Source: Bacteroidales bacterium
Lineage (GTDB): Bacteria; Bacteroidota; Bacteroidia; Bacteroidales; GCA-2748055
Length of the DNA stretch: 64,000 nucleotides
Assembly (NCBI GenBank): GCA_029938715.1
Contig: JAOZUK010000004.1
Coordinates: 6,465 to 70,464 of the forward strand
Direction of reading: 5' to 3'
Both the position numbers and the translations under genes were made by a program. Numbering within the stretch: the first letter of the stretch is position 1; each line of letters starts with the position of its first letter. The notes beneath the pieces are model-generated. The model worked only from the letters and a program-made list of their open reading frames with translations. It did no database searches and was not told where the DNA came from. Positions 30,178 through 41,200 of the stretch are shown here, one piece after another.

Positions 30178-30792
30178 ATGCTGCTGAAACTCTACGAACA
30201 GAATCCTGATCCCAGGCAAATCAATAAAATAGTTGATTTGCTCGAGCATGGTGGGGTAATCATCTACCCAACCGATACCGTATATGGTATGGGATGTGAT
30301 ATCACCAAAGCCAGGGCTGTAGAAAGGGTAGCAAGGATTAAAGGTATCAAACCTGAGAAAGCCAGGTTTTCGTTTATCTGTTCTGACCTTAGTCATCTTT
30401 CAGATTTTGCCAGACATGTGGATAACACCACTTTCAAGTTGATGAAGTCCTGCCTGCCAGGCCCATATACTTTTATTCTCAATGCCAGCAACAAGGTTCC
30501 CAAATCCATAAAGTTTCACCGAAAAACAGTGGGAATCAGAATACCCGATAACAACATCATCCTGGAGATTATCAGGCAGCTTGGCCACCCCATACTGACG
30601 ACATCCCTGAAAAAAGATGATCATATTCTCGAATACCCTACAGATCCTGAACTAATCTACGAGGAGTACCGCGACATGGTGGATGCGGTTATCGATGGGG
30701 GCTATGGAGGGATCGTTCCATCCACTATTCTGGATTGCAGCGGAGAGGAGCCCCAGCTGATCAGAGAGGGACTGGGAGAGATTGATTATTAG
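30178..30792 (+). CDS. tsaC: L-threonylcarbamoyladenylate synthase (YrdC/TsaC type)
   Basis: GGVIIYPTDTVYGMGCD and TVGIRIPDN motifs. ATG 30178 (MLLKLYEQNPD) is preferred over 30148. Confidence 0.9.
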   Translation: MLLKLYEQNPDPRQINKIVDLLEHGGVIIYPTDTVYGMGCDITKARAVERVARIKGIKPEKARFSFICSDLSHLSDFARHVDNTTFKLMKSCLPGPYTFILNASNKVPKSIKFHRKTVGIRIPDNNIILEIIRQLGHPILTTSLKKDDHILEYPTDPELIYEEYRDMVDAVIDGGYGGIVPSTILDCSGEEPQLIREGLGEIDY

Positions 30793-30811
30793 ACTTCATG
30801 CTTTCAGTTGA

Positions 30812-32260
30812 TTATCTGCGCCAAAACATGGGAGAAAACAGAACCAGGACTGTAAATAATTCCAGCCTTCCCACCAGCATCAGGAAAGAGAGATACCATT
30901 TTCCAGCCGTTTGAATCTCCGCATAATTTAGTGCCGGGCCTACTTTACCTATTCCCGGCCCAATATTACCCAGGGTGGCTGCCACAGCACCGATGGATGT
31001 ATCAAAATCGTTTCCCAGCACCGACATGATGACCATGGAAGTTACAGCAATTAGCAGATAAAAAGCAATGAAAGCCAATACGTTGGTAACCACCGATTCT
31101 TCAACAGACATTCTGTTTAGCCTTACAGGTATCACAGCATTGGGATGAATCATGCGCTTAAGCTCCTGGGTGCTGTTTTTCAGCATAATCACGATGCGCA
31201 TAATTTTTGGTCCGCCTCCTGTAGAGCCGGCCGATCCGCCAAAAAACATTAAAACGAATATGAGAACAATCAGCCAGGGGGCCCAATTGAGATAATCTGC
31301 CGTGGCAAATCCGGTGGTGGTTAGAATAGACACCACCTGAAAAACTGAGTCTCTAAAAGCAGGTTCGATGCCACCCGCCGAGGTAAAGAACAGCCCGATG
31401 GTGATGAGCAGTGTGAAACCCCCAATGAAAGCCAGGTACCATTTAAACTCTTCATTCTCCCAGATTTTCTTAAACTTCCCGTGCATGGCAAAGTAAGAAA
31501 GGGTAAAGTTGGTCCCGGCCAGAAACATAAACAGGGTAATGATGTAATGAATATAGGGAGAGTTCCAGTGGGCAATACTTGCCTGTTTGGTGGAATACCC
31601 CCCCGTTGCCATGGTGGTAAGGGAGTGGCATACAGCATCAAAAAGGCCCATTTCACCTGCCCAAAGAAGCAACGTTTCTCCCACGGTAAAAATGAGATAA
31701 ATGAGCCAGAGGCGTTTGGCGGTATCCTTCACATGGGGATGAAGTTTATCCGGTGTGGGACCGGGTACTTCTGCCGTAAAAAGCTGCATGCCTCCAATGC
31801 CCAGGAAAGGCAAAAGAAGCAAAGTGAGAAGTATAATACCCATCCCTCCCAACCACTGTGTGAGGCTCCTCCAGAAAAGTACACCATGTGACAATGCTTC
31901 AATATCGTTTAGTATAGAGGCTCCGGTAGTGGTAAACCCGCTAATGGTTTCAAAAAAAGCATCGGTAAAACCGGTAATAGAGTTTGTAAGCAGAAAGGGC
32001 AAGGTCCCGAATAGTGAAAAAAGAATCCAGCCTCCGGTGACAATCACATATCCATCCCTCCTGTCCAGATTCAGCGCTGAGTTTCTGAAAGGGAAATAAG
32101 CCAATGCTCCGATTCCCGAAGTGATGACTCCTGAAAGAAGAAACTTCAACACATCCGATTCCCTGTAAATAAGCGCAACAGGGATTGAAAACCACATGAA
32201 AATTCCTTCGGTAATCAGGATTACCCCTAAAATGCGAATGATGGTCCGGTGATTGAGCAT
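30812..32260 (-). CDS. trkH: TrkH-family potassium uptake protein
   Basis: Multi-TM protein of 482 aa with selectivity-filter-like repeats TTTGAS, TGGYS, TTTGFA and GSTGGG. Confidence 0.93.
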   Translation of the reverse strand: MLNHRTIIRILGVILITEGIFMWFSIPVALIYRESDVLKFLLSGVITSGIGALAYFPFRNSALNLDRRDGYVIVTGGWILFSLFGTLPFLLTNSITGFTDAFFETISGFTTTGASILNDIEALSHGVLFWRSLTQWLGGMGIILLTLLLLPFLGIGGMQLFTAEVPGPTPDKLHPHVKDTAKRLWLIYLIFTVGETLLLWAGEMGLFDAVCHSLTTMATGGYSTKQASIAHWNSPYIHYIITLFMFLAGTNFTLSYFAMHGKFKKIWENEEFKWYLAFIGGFTLLITIGLFFTSAGGIEPAFRDSVFQVVSILTTTGFATADYLNWAPWLIVLIFVLMFFGGSAGSTGGGPKIMRIVIMLKNSTQELKRMIHPNAVIPVRLNRMSVEESVVTNVLAFIAFYLLIAVTSMVIMSVLGNDFDTSIGAVAATLGNIGPGIGKVGPALNYAEIQTAGKWYLSFLMLVGRLELFTVLVLFSPMFWRR

Positions 32261-32268
32261 GAAATTTG

Positions 32269-33609
32269 CTAATTGAAGAACTTACCTATGGATTGAATGA
32301 CACTTGGCAAAGCAAACACCACCACCCTGTCGTAGGGTTTGATAAGGGTTTCACCGTGGGCAATAAATGCATTCTTTCCCCTCATCACTCCACCTATTAT
32401 TGCTTCCCTGGGGAAATCTACCTCTGCCAGGGTGCCTTTGGTGGCCGGAGCATCTGGCTTTACAACAAATTCCATCACCTCTGCTTCGGTCCCGGTCAAA
32501 CACTTAATGCTGGAGACCTCCTCCGACATAGTAAAACGGAAAATCCTGCTGGCTGTGATAAGTTTTTTATTGATAATGGTATCAACACCAATGTTCTCTG
32601 CCAGGTGAATGTAATCGATATTCTCCACCTCGGCAATGGTCCGCCTGACACCCAGGTGCTTTGCCAGCAGGCATGAGAGAATATTGGTTTCAGAATTTCC
32701 GGTAACCGCAATAAAAGCATCCATCTTATCCAGGCCTTCCTGTCGGAGTAGCTCCCTGTCAGTACCATCCCCATTAATTACCAGGGTATTGCTTAACTGG
32801 TTGGAAAGGGCATAGCTCTTCTGGCGGTCCTTTTCAATCAGTTTTACATAGTGCAGGTTACCAAGGGCATCGGCTGTTTTTCTTCCGATTCGGCTTCCCC
32901 CCAGAATCATAATATCCCGAACCTCAAACTGCTTCTTGCCCGAATATTTGTATAATGCTTTCAAACCGGCTTTGCTGCTGATGACATATACCAGGTCTCC
33001 TGTTTCGAATCTGTCATCACCGGAGGGCACAATGGTATGGCCACGTCGGGTGATGGCCACAGCCCGATACTCCAGTCCATTATCTCCAGGAGATAGTTCC
33101 CTTAAAGTCTTTGAGATGATGGGTGCATCCTCATCAAGCCTGATCACGTACATATGCAGTTTACCTCCTGAGAACTCAACCACCTCAGTACTCCCGGTTT
33201 CGGCCAGTAATCCTACAATTTCGCGGGCTGCAATTTTCTCAGGATAGATCATATAATCCACACCGAGGTTTTCGAAAATCTCCTTGTTGGCCGGCAACAG
33301 GTACTCCTGGTTATCAATACGGGCAATGGTCTTCTTTGCTCCAAGTCGTTTACTCAGAATGGCTGCATTTACGTTAACGGCCTCGGAAAAGGTGACGCCA
33401 ATGAAGAGATCGGCTTTGTTGATCTTAGCCTCCTTCAAATGAGCAATGGAGTTGGCATTACCTTCTATGGTAAGCACATCCATCGCACCACCAACGGCCT
33501 TCAGACGATCGTCATCAATATCGATCACCACAAGGTCGTGCTCCTCATTGCTTAACATCTTTGCCAGATGGGTTCCAACTTCGCCTGCTCCGGCTATTAC
33601 AATACGCAT
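32269..33609 (-). CDS. trkA: Trk system potassium uptake protein TrkA
   Basis: MRIVIAGAGEVGTHLA and ILGGSRIGRKTA form two RCK/NAD-binding domains. The start was moved to ATG 33609. Confidence 0.93.
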   Translation of the reverse strand: MRIVIAGAGEVGTHLAKMLSNEEHDLVVIDIDDDRLKAVGGAMDVLTIEGNANSIAHLKEAKINKADLFIGVTFSEAVNVNAAILSKRLGAKKTIARIDNQEYLLPANKEIFENLGVDYMIYPEKIAAREIVGLLAETGSTEVVEFSGGKLHMYVIRLDEDAPIISKTLRELSPGDNGLEYRAVAITRRGHTIVPSGDDRFETGDLVYVISSKAGLKALYKYSGKKQFEVRDIMILGGSRIGRKTADALGNLHYVKLIEKDRQKSYALSNQLSNTLVINGDGTDRELLRQEGLDKMDAFIAVTGNSETNILSCLLAKHLGVRRTIAEVENIDYIHLAENIGVDTIINKKLITASRIFRFTMSEEVSSIKCLTGTEAEVMEFVVKPDAPATKGTLAEVDFPREAIIGGVMRGKNAFIAHGETLIKPYDRVVVFALPSVIQSIGKFFN

Positions 33610-33678
33610 ATCAAAATGAAAATCAACAAGGTAAAATAACAGATAATTGTCCAATTGTGCGAATGGTAGCTCCTTTTT

Positions 33679-35847
33679 TTACCATCTTTTCAGATAGGCC
33701 CCAAGTTTACCTGTGTTATAATAGGTGTAACAGCACTCATTTTCCTCCTTAAACCTTTCGATACCAGATATATACCAGCTTCGATTGGATCCATCCAGAA
33801 TTACCTCACACGAGCTGTTTAATAGCTCCTGGGGAATGTGCCTGAGAGGAGGATTTCCCATGAGCAGTACAAAGTTACCACTGAACTCATTGAATCGCTC
33901 AGCATCACATGCCTGTAAAATGTTTTCATTCCGGTCCAATGCACCTGAAATGACCCAGCCCTTTATACGGTCATTTCCTAGGAGCCAAACTCCGGGAGCC
34001 AACCTCAAACACTCCGAATTCATCCCCTTCACAGAGTCCTGACTTTCCAGCTCAATCATACTGGTTCGAAATCTGCGTCTACTCCAATTCTTAGAGGTGT
34101 ATTGTTCCAGGTAGTTGAAAGCAGTACTATCCCCATACATGCAATAGTGATCCACTTTGTCGCCTTCCCGAAACGTAAGAATGCTGGCATTACTAAAGTT
34201 ACCAATTACCATCTCCGAAGAATGAGACTGAAGATACCTGCACCGGGCTGTCCAGCAGAGGCTTGCCGATACAAGTCCAATCAAAAGATACCGGGCCAGT
34301 GCCATCCTGTGATTCAGAACAACCATCAATGTACAAAGTATACCCATCCAAAGACAAAGGCTCATTTTATCGAGGTTTAGTTCATTCACCACAGCACCAG
34401 GAATGGAGGCTACCTGTTCCACCGAAAGATTTATGAGGAATGCAAGCTTTATCAGGACGCTGTTAAAAAGGGTACTGCCAATTCCTGCTACCATAAATGG
34501 TACTGAAATAACAAAAAGGGCGATCAAAAGACTCAAAAGTGGAATTGTAACCAGACTGGTTATCAAGGAATAGACAGGGATCTGGTGGAAATAATAGATA
34601 ATCAGTGGAATGGTGGAGATCTGGGCCATAACACTGACCAGGGCAGCTTCCCAGACCCTTCTGAGAATTCTGTTTTTAATGGTGAGCAGTCGCCTGAATA
34701 CCGGGTAGAGGGCAACAATCCCCAGAATGGCTGTATAGGAGAGTTGAAATCCCACATCCAGCATCCTGGAGGGATCCAAAAGAATTAGTAAAAAAGCCGA
34801 TACCAGAATCCCGTTAATTGCGTGCATTCGCTGGCTCATCAACCGGCCTGCAGTAAACAGAGTAAACATGGTGGCTGACCTGGAAACCGACGAGGAGAAA
34901 CCGGTCACAAAAGCAAATACCCAGAGTATCGTAATAATGGTAAGCGATCTGAAGATCTCCCTTCCGGATAATCGCACCATCCACGAAAACAGGTGATATA
35001 AAACCCACCATATCAATCCCATATGCAACCCGGAAACTGCCAGCAAATGCATAGCTCCTGCATTGGAATAGGCCAGTTTAAGTTCTTTCGTAAGATCCGA
35101 CCGATCACCCAGACAGACCGCTTTTAACAGAGAGATCTCTTTCCCATCTCCGCTCCAATGAACAGAAACTGCATTCCGGATTCTTGATGCATGGATGTTG
35201 CGATCCCTCCACCCTCCTTTTCCCGGCAGTTTACCCATCAAACGGGGAGCATAATTCTGATCTGCATAGAATCGATACCAGCAATTATTCCTGGTCATAA
35301 TCGATTCGAAATCGGTTGCCCCCGGATTACCGCTATTGGTGATTGGTACAAGTTGGCCATAAAATTGCCATACCTCCCCCTCTCTGGGCCATAAAGAATC
35401 CCCTTTGGGTAAAGAGTCCAGCGGGGCAGTTAAATAAACCTTTAGTAGAGTTCTGATCCCATAAGCAGAATCCCTGCTGCATACCCTCTCTGTTTTCAAT
35501 CCATAGGACCAGTTTTTAGCTCCTTGGATGGGACCTCCAGTGATTACTCCACGGATCATCACCTTCTCTTTTAGAGGCAATCCAGGGTCCACCGGTAGGG
35601 TCATTGTTCCCAGGGTAAATCCCACCATAAACACCACAGAAAAGACCAGAAGTAGGAAAAGCCACTCTCTCCCTCCAGGTTTTCTGCCACTTCGGTGAAA
35701 CAGAGCAACCAGCAAGATCCACATCATCGCAGTGGTTACCAATAGTTCAGACACCTGATGTGGGTGCACGATCCCGTATCCGGCCAATGATCCTCCCGCA
35801 AATGGAAGTAGCATCCTGACGATGGGAATTCTTCTTAAATCGAACAT
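33679..35847 (-). CDS. comEC: ComEC/Rec2-family competence membrane protein
   Basis: Competence domain motif GAMHLLAVSGLHMGLI, about 10 TM helices and an N-terminal OB-like region. I saw no HxHxDH metallo-beta-lactamase motif in the C-terminal part. Confidence 0.85.
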   Translation of the reverse strand: MFDLRRIPIVRMLLPFAGGSLAGYGIVHPHQVSELLVTTAMMWILLVALFHRSGRKPGGREWLFLLLVFSVVFMVGFTLGTMTLPVDPGLPLKEKVMIRGVITGGPIQGAKNWSYGLKTERVCSRDSAYGIRTLLKVYLTAPLDSLPKGDSLWPREGEVWQFYGQLVPITNSGNPGATDFESIMTRNNCWYRFYADQNYAPRLMGKLPGKGGWRDRNIHASRIRNAVSVHWSGDGKEISLLKAVCLGDRSDLTKELKLAYSNAGAMHLLAVSGLHMGLIWWVLYHLFSWMVRLSGREIFRSLTIITILWVFAFVTGFSSSVSRSATMFTLFTAGRLMSQRMHAINGILVSAFLLILLDPSRMLDVGFQLSYTAILGIVALYPVFRRLLTIKNRILRRVWEAALVSVMAQISTIPLIIYYFHQIPVYSLITSLVTIPLLSLLIALFVISVPFMVAGIGSTLFNSVLIKLAFLINLSVEQVASIPGAVVNELNLDKMSLCLWMGILCTLMVVLNHRMALARYLLIGLVSASLCWTARCRYLQSHSSEMVIGNFSNASILTFREGDKVDHYCMYGDSTAFNYLEQYTSKNWSRRRFRTSMIELESQDSVKGMNSECLRLAPGVWLLGNDRIKGWVISGALDRNENILQACDAERFNEFSGNFVLLMGNPPLRHIPQELLNSSCEVILDGSNRSWYISGIERFKEENECCYTYYNTGKLGAYLKRW

Positions 35848-35982
35848 GGAATTCTGGTCGACTTTTACACCTATATGCGTCTGAATGGAAAATATCTGCC
35901 AATCTTTCCATATTTTTATGAACCTTTCATTGAAAACAGAGTTTTATATACCAGGAACATATACACCCTTAATTAATTTCAT

Positions 35983-36990
35983 ATGGCAAAACTTACAACA
36001 AAACACATGGGGGTCACTCTTAAAAACCCTCTTATCCTTGGTGCCAGTAACCTGGTAAACAACATAGATAAACTGAAAGAAGCTGAAGAAGCCGGTGTGG
36101 CTGCAGTAGTCTATCGCTCTTTGTTTGAAGAACAGATTCAGCTGGAAGACAATGAGATGAGCAATCAGCTTGAAGCATATGATGAGCGCAATGCTGAAAT
36201 GATCAACCTCTTTCCCAATATTGAGCACGGAGGACCAAAAGAACACATTTATAACCTTAAGCAGGTAATAGAAACTTTGTCAATTCCTGTATTTGCCAGT
36301 TTAAACGCAATTTATAAAGAGTCGTGGGTGGAGTATGCAACACTCCTTGAAGAAGCGGGTGCTGCAGGTCTGGAGCTCAACTTTTTCTCAATTCCCCGAA
36401 GCTTTGATAAATCGGGCCATGACATAATTTTGCAGCAAATAGAGTTTCTTAAAGCTGTGAAGGCGGCTGTGAAGATCCCAGTAAGTGTTAAACTGAGTCC
36501 ATTCTATACAAATGTACTAAAGACCATTAAGGACCTGGACGACGCTGGTGCAGATGCTTTTGTTTTATTCAACAGGTTATTCGAACCTGATATTGATGTG
36601 GAAGCAGAAAAGCACGTATCTCCATGGAATCTGAGTACACATAGTGATCATCGCCTCTCCATCAGGTACATTGGATTGACCCATGGCAATATCAACGCCA
36701 ATGTAGCAGCCAACAATGGCATATACGAAGGCATTGATATAGTGAAAATGATACTTGCCGGAGCATCGGCCGTTGAAGCGGTAAGTACTTTCTACCACAA
36801 TGGAGTGGGGCATGCTTCAGAGATGCTCAAAGAGCTGGAAGATTGGATGGATCGCAAAGGATATGAATCCATCGATGCATTCAGAGGCAAATTGAGCAGC
36901 AAATCCATTAACGATCCGTTTGTTTATAAACGTGCACAATACATCGACATGATCCTGAAATCCGAAGAGTATTTCAACCCCATCGTCTGA
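35983..36990 (+). CDS. dihydroorotate dehydrogenase-like (class 1 DHOD fold) protein
   Basis: HMGVTLKNPLILGASNL...LELNFF...KLSPF...VLFNR looks like a TIM-barrel flavoenzyme pattern. Confidence 0.75.
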   Translation: MAKLTTKHMGVTLKNPLILGASNLVNNIDKLKEAEEAGVAAVVYRSLFEEQIQLEDNEMSNQLEAYDERNAEMINLFPNIEHGGPKEHIYNLKQVIETLSIPVFASLNAIYKESWVEYATLLEEAGAAGLELNFFSIPRSFDKSGHDIILQQIEFLKAVKAAVKIPVSVKLSPFYTNVLKTIKDLDDAGADAFVLFNRLFEPDIDVEAEKHVSPWNLSTHSDHRLSIRYIGLTHGNINANVAANNGIYEGIDIVKMILAGASAVEAVSTFYHNGVGHASEMLKELEDWMDRKGYESIDAFRGKLSSKSINDPFVYKRAQYIDMILKSEEYFNPIV

Positions 36991-37026
36991 TAATGAAAAT
37001 CCCGGCTATTCGGGATAAAGTACAGG

Positions 37027-37062
37027 AAGGCTGCTTCAGAGATGAGGCAGCCTTTATTTTTT
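37027..37062 (+). terminator. rho-independent terminator after the DHOD-like gene; overlaps the def stop
   Basis: AAGGCTGC...GCAGCCTT stem with an inner TCA/TGA pairing, then TATTTTTT. Confidence 0.65.
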
Positions 37063-37617
37063 CGGATAGATGATCTTATAATCATTATCCACCCTACCCT
37101 TGCTGATGGCATTAAGTCGGGCACTAATTAATTTCCTGCGAATGGGATTGATTTGGTCCACAAAAAGTTTTCCATCAAGGTGGTCATACTCATGCTGTAC
37201 CACCCGGGCCCGGATGCCATCAAACTCCTCCTCAATGAGGTTCCAGTTTTCATCGTAGTATTCGATTCGAACATTTGTTAGCCTCGACACTTCTTCCCGA
37301 ATATTGGGAAGGCTAAGACACCCTTCCTCAAATGACCATGAATCACCCCACTCCTCAAGAATATACGGATTGATAAATACCTTTTTAAAGTCCTTAAGCT
37401 CGGGCTCTCCCTTATCCTCACTTATCGGAGAGGTGTCTACTACAAATATCCGTACCGATTTTCCTACCTGGGGCGCGGCCAGTCCAATCCCATCACTGGC
37501 CCGCATGGTCTCAAACATATCTTCAATCAACTGATCCAGACCTTCAAAATCCTCCGGAATCTCAGAAGCCACCCTTCGCAGAACCGACATTCCATATACA
37601 TAAACTGGTAATACCAT
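37054..37617 (-). CDS. def: peptide deformylase
   Basis: GIGLAAPQVG, EGCLS and HEYDHLDG motifs. Confidence 0.96.
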   Translation of the reverse strand: MVLPVYVYGMSVLRRVASEIPEDFEGLDQLIEDMFETMRASDGIGLAAPQVGKSVRIFVVDTSPISEDKGEPELKDFKKVFINPYILEEWGDSWSFEEGCLSLPNIREEVSRLTNVRIEYYDENWNLIEEEFDGIRARVVQHEYDHLDGKLFVDQINPIRRKLISARLNAISKGRVDNDYKIIYPKK

Positions 37618-37650
37618 AACAATTACTTCTAAATCTGACTTTATTAACGT

Positions 37651-38076
37651 CTACCTACCCCGATTGTTTTTTAGCTCAAGGTAGGATTGAAGAATAATAG
37701 CTGCACTCACCTTATCAATTTGCCCCTTTTTCCTTCGCTCTGACTTTTTCATACCACCTGTTACCATGGCATCCATGGCCAGTTTTGAGGTAAAACGTTC
37801 ATCCATCCACTCTACCTGAATCTGGGTAAAACGCTTTTTAAAAGCCTGCACAAAAAACTGAATTGGTTTCATGGATTCGGAATCTGTATTGTCCAATTTT
37901 CTGGGCCTGCCCACCACCATTGTCTCAACTTTCTCCTTTGCAAAATATGCTTCCAGATAAAGCATTAGTTCGTGGGTAAGTACCGTCTCAAGGGGCGATG
38001 CAATAATCTGTCCCTGATCTGTAACGGCAATGCCCGTCCGCCTGGTCCCGTAATCAATAGCCAATATCCTGCCCAA
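37651..38076 (-). CDS. ruvX: Holliday junction resolvase-like RuvX (YqgF)
   Basis: GRILAIDYGTRRTGIAV. TTG start. The nearby ATG at 38081 is out of frame. Confidence 0.9.
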   Translation of the reverse strand: MGRILAIDYGTRRTGIAVTDQGQIIASPLETVLTHELMLYLEAYFAKEKVETMVVGRPRKLDNTDSESMKPIQFFVQAFKKRFTQIQVEWMDERFTSKLAMDAMVTGGMKKSERRKKGQIDKVSAAIILQSYLELKNNRGR

Positions 38077-38092
38077 AACATCGATTTGGTCG

Positions 38093-38100
38093 CAAAGGTA
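38093..38100 (-). promoter_or_regulatory. -7 promoter box TACCTTTG for ruvX-def
   Basis: Perfect TAnnTTTG 16 nt upstream of the ruvX start. Confidence 0.5.
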
Positions 38101-38216
38101 AAAATTTTAGCCTTTCCGCAGATATTTTTTCGCAACTGCATCATTTTCTTTGAAAATGCGCTAAGGTTGCTTATAAACATCTGCTACAGGGTGGTATTTC
38201 TTCTTTGCTAGGAGGT

Positions 38217-38250
38217 AAAAAAAACCGCCCACTCTAACGAGCGGGCGGTT
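38217..38250 (-). terminator. rho-independent terminator after nifJ
   Basis: AACCGCCC...GGGCGGTT stem followed by T8 on the minus strand, 21 nt after the stop. Confidence 0.8.
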
Positions 38251-38271
38251 TCATAATATATGTGATTTAAA

Positions 38272-41200
38272 CTACACTTTAGGTGCAAAATCGAGGCTGG
38301 CCATCCGCACATAGCTGTCGTACCTCCACTTGGCGTTGGTCTGTGCAGCTTTGAAGAGATGTGCAGCTTCTTCCGGGAACGACTTTTGCAGTGAGGTGTA
38401 TCGTACCTCCGACTGCAGGAAGGCCTGGAACTGATCCCACTGCGGTTCCTTGGAATCCAGTAAGAACGGGTTCTTGCCCTGGTCTTCCAGAACCGGGTTG
38501 TACCGGTAGAGGTGCCAGTAGCCACTCTCCACTGCAAATTTACCCTGACTCTGTGTTTTGCCCATTCCCGCACGTAATCCATGGCTGATGCAGGGCGAGT
38601 AGGCGATAATGATGGATGGTCCGGGATAGGCTTCAGCCTCTCTGACGGTCTTCAGATACTGTGACTGGCTGGCTCCCATGGAGACCTGTGCAACGTACAC
38701 ATATCCGTAAGTCATGGCCATCATACCCAGGTCCTTCTTACGGATCTTCTTACCGGAAGCAGCAAACTTGGCCACGGCACCCACCGGTGTAGCTTTGGAA
38801 GCCTGTCCACCTGTATTTGAGTAGACCTCGGTGTCCATCACCAGGATGTTCACATCTTCACCGGAAGCGATCACATGGTCCAGTCCGCCGTAACCTATGT
38901 CATAGGCCCATCCGTCTCCACCAAAGATCCATACAGATTTCTTCACCAGGTAGTGCTTGAGATCCTTGAGCTCTTCTGCAATGACATGAGTCTCGCTATC
39001 GAGCACTTCAAGTAATTTTGCCGAAGCAGCTTTGGAAGCATCCAGGTTCTCCATGGAGGCAATCCATTCACCAAAGGCCTCTTTGGTGGCGGGCTTCACT
39101 TCGTCCATGGCAGCTACCATCCTGTTCTTCATACGGTCGCGGTTCTTATTCACCCCAGTGGCAAGTCCGAATCCATACTCCGCATTGTCCTCAAAAAGAG
39201 AGTTGGCCCATGCGGGTCCCTGTCCATCATTATTGGAACAATAGGGAGTAGAGGGAGCTGATCCACCATAGATGGAAGAACAACCTGTAGCGTTGGCCAC
39301 AATCATCTGGTCTCCGTAGAGTTGAGTAATCAACTTAATATAGGGGGTTTCACCACAACCTGCACAGGCTCCTGAAAATTCAAAGAGAGGCTGGGCGAAC
39401 TGACTGTTCTTAACGGTCTGCTTCTTGTCCACCAGAGTATCTTTGTAAGAGATCTCTTTAATAAGGTGATCCCACCTTGGAATTTCAGATTCCTGAGTTT
39501 CCAGAGGCTTCATTTCCAGTGATTTGACCTTAGAAGGACAAACATCGGCGCAGTTTCCGCAGCCGGTACAATCCAGCACAGATACCTGGATCTTAAATTG
39601 TAGTCCTGCAAATGCCTTGCCATTGGCCTTGATTGTTTTGGTTCCCTCTGGCAATGCCTTGGCCTCATCCTCATCAATCAGGAATGGGCGGATGGCAGCG
39701 TGGGGACAAACATAGGCACACTGGTTACACTGGATGCAGTTGTCATCAATCCACTCAGGAACATTCACTGCAATACCACGCTTTTCATATTGAGCGGTTC
39801 CTGATGGGAAGGTTCCATCTTCACGTCCTGTAAATGCACTAACGGGAAGATCATCACCAGCAAGATTGTTAATGGGCTCCACAACGTTCCTGACAAAATC
39901 GGGAATATCGCGATTGTCCACTTTTTTTGCATCTGCTCCAAGTTTGCTCCAGGCAGCGTCAACTTCAACTTTGGTTACATCTCCACCCTTCTCAACTGCA
40001 GCAAAGTTCATGTTCACCACCTCTTCTCCTTTTCTGCCAAAACTCTTGATGATGAATTTACGCATCTCTTCAACAGCCTGGTCGTAAGGAATGATATCGG
40101 CGATTTTAAAGAAAGCCGACTGCATAATGGTATTGGTCCGGTTACCCAGTCCAATATCCTGGGCCATTTTGGTACCGTTGATGATGTAGAAATTGATCTT
40201 GTGATCGGCCATGTACTTCTTCACATGGTTGGGAAGATGCTTGATGGTCTCCTCTGCACTCCAGATGGAGTTTAGAAGAAAGGTACCCCCATCCTTAAGA
40301 CCCTTAAGCATATCGTACTTCTCCAGGTAAGAGGAGACATGACATGCTACAAGATCAGGAGTACCCACCAGATAGGGGGAACGGATGGGATTGTCACCAA
40401 AGCGCAGGTGTGAAGTGGTGATACCGCCCGACTTCTTGGAGTCGTATGCAAAGTAAGCCTGACAATACTTATCGGTCGATTCACCGATGATCATAATAGA
40501 GTTCTTGTTGGCACCTACTGTACCATCGGAACCCAGCCCGTAGAATTTACCCTCGAATGTACCAGCTTCGCTTAGTGAAATCTCAGGGAGCAGCGGAAGG
40601 GAGGTGAAAGTAACATCATCTACAATACCAACAGTGAATTGGTCTTTCGGCTCGGCCATCTTCAGGTTATTAAAGACAGAGATCATCATGGCGGGAGTGG
40701 TATCCTTGGAGGAGAGTCCATAACGGCCACCAACAATCAGAGGAGCATTCTCCTTTCCGTAGAAGAGATTCTTGATATCCAGATAGAGCGGTTCTCCGTT
40801 AGCTCCGAGCTCCTTGGTACGATCCAGTACAGAGATACGCTTCACTGATTTGGGGAGTACATCCATGAAATACTTGGCTGAGAATGGTCTGTAAAGGTGC
40901 ACAGATAGTAAACCGACCTTTTCACCCTTGGCATTCAGGTGGTCAACCACCTCTTTCAGGGTCTCTGTGATGGAACCCATGGCAATAACGATGTTCTCGG
41001 CATCTTCGTCGCCATAATAGGTAAAGGGCTTGTATTCGCGTCCGGTCAGTTTGCTGATCTCCTTCATATAGGCAGCAACCTCATCGGGAATTCCCTCATA
41101 GAATTTATTGATGGCTTCCCTTGTCTGGAAATAGATATCGGGGTTCTGAGCCAATCCGCGGGTCACCGGATTCTCAGGATTCAATGCTTTGTCCCTGAAA

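Noticed and set aside
37965-38180. 71-aa ORF starting at an ATG just upstream of ruvX
   Set aside because: It is out of frame with the conserved RuvX sequence (GRILAIDYGTRRTG), which starts at TTG 38076. The ATG frame encodes no recognisable protein and would begin upstream of the likely transcription start.
38208-38582. 124-aa minus-strand ORF overlapping the nifJ 3' end, and numerous ORFs inside nifJ at 39018-41826
   Set aside because: They are alternative frames of a 1179-aa PFOR gene with unambiguous motifs and give Arg/Ser/Pro-rich nonsense translations.
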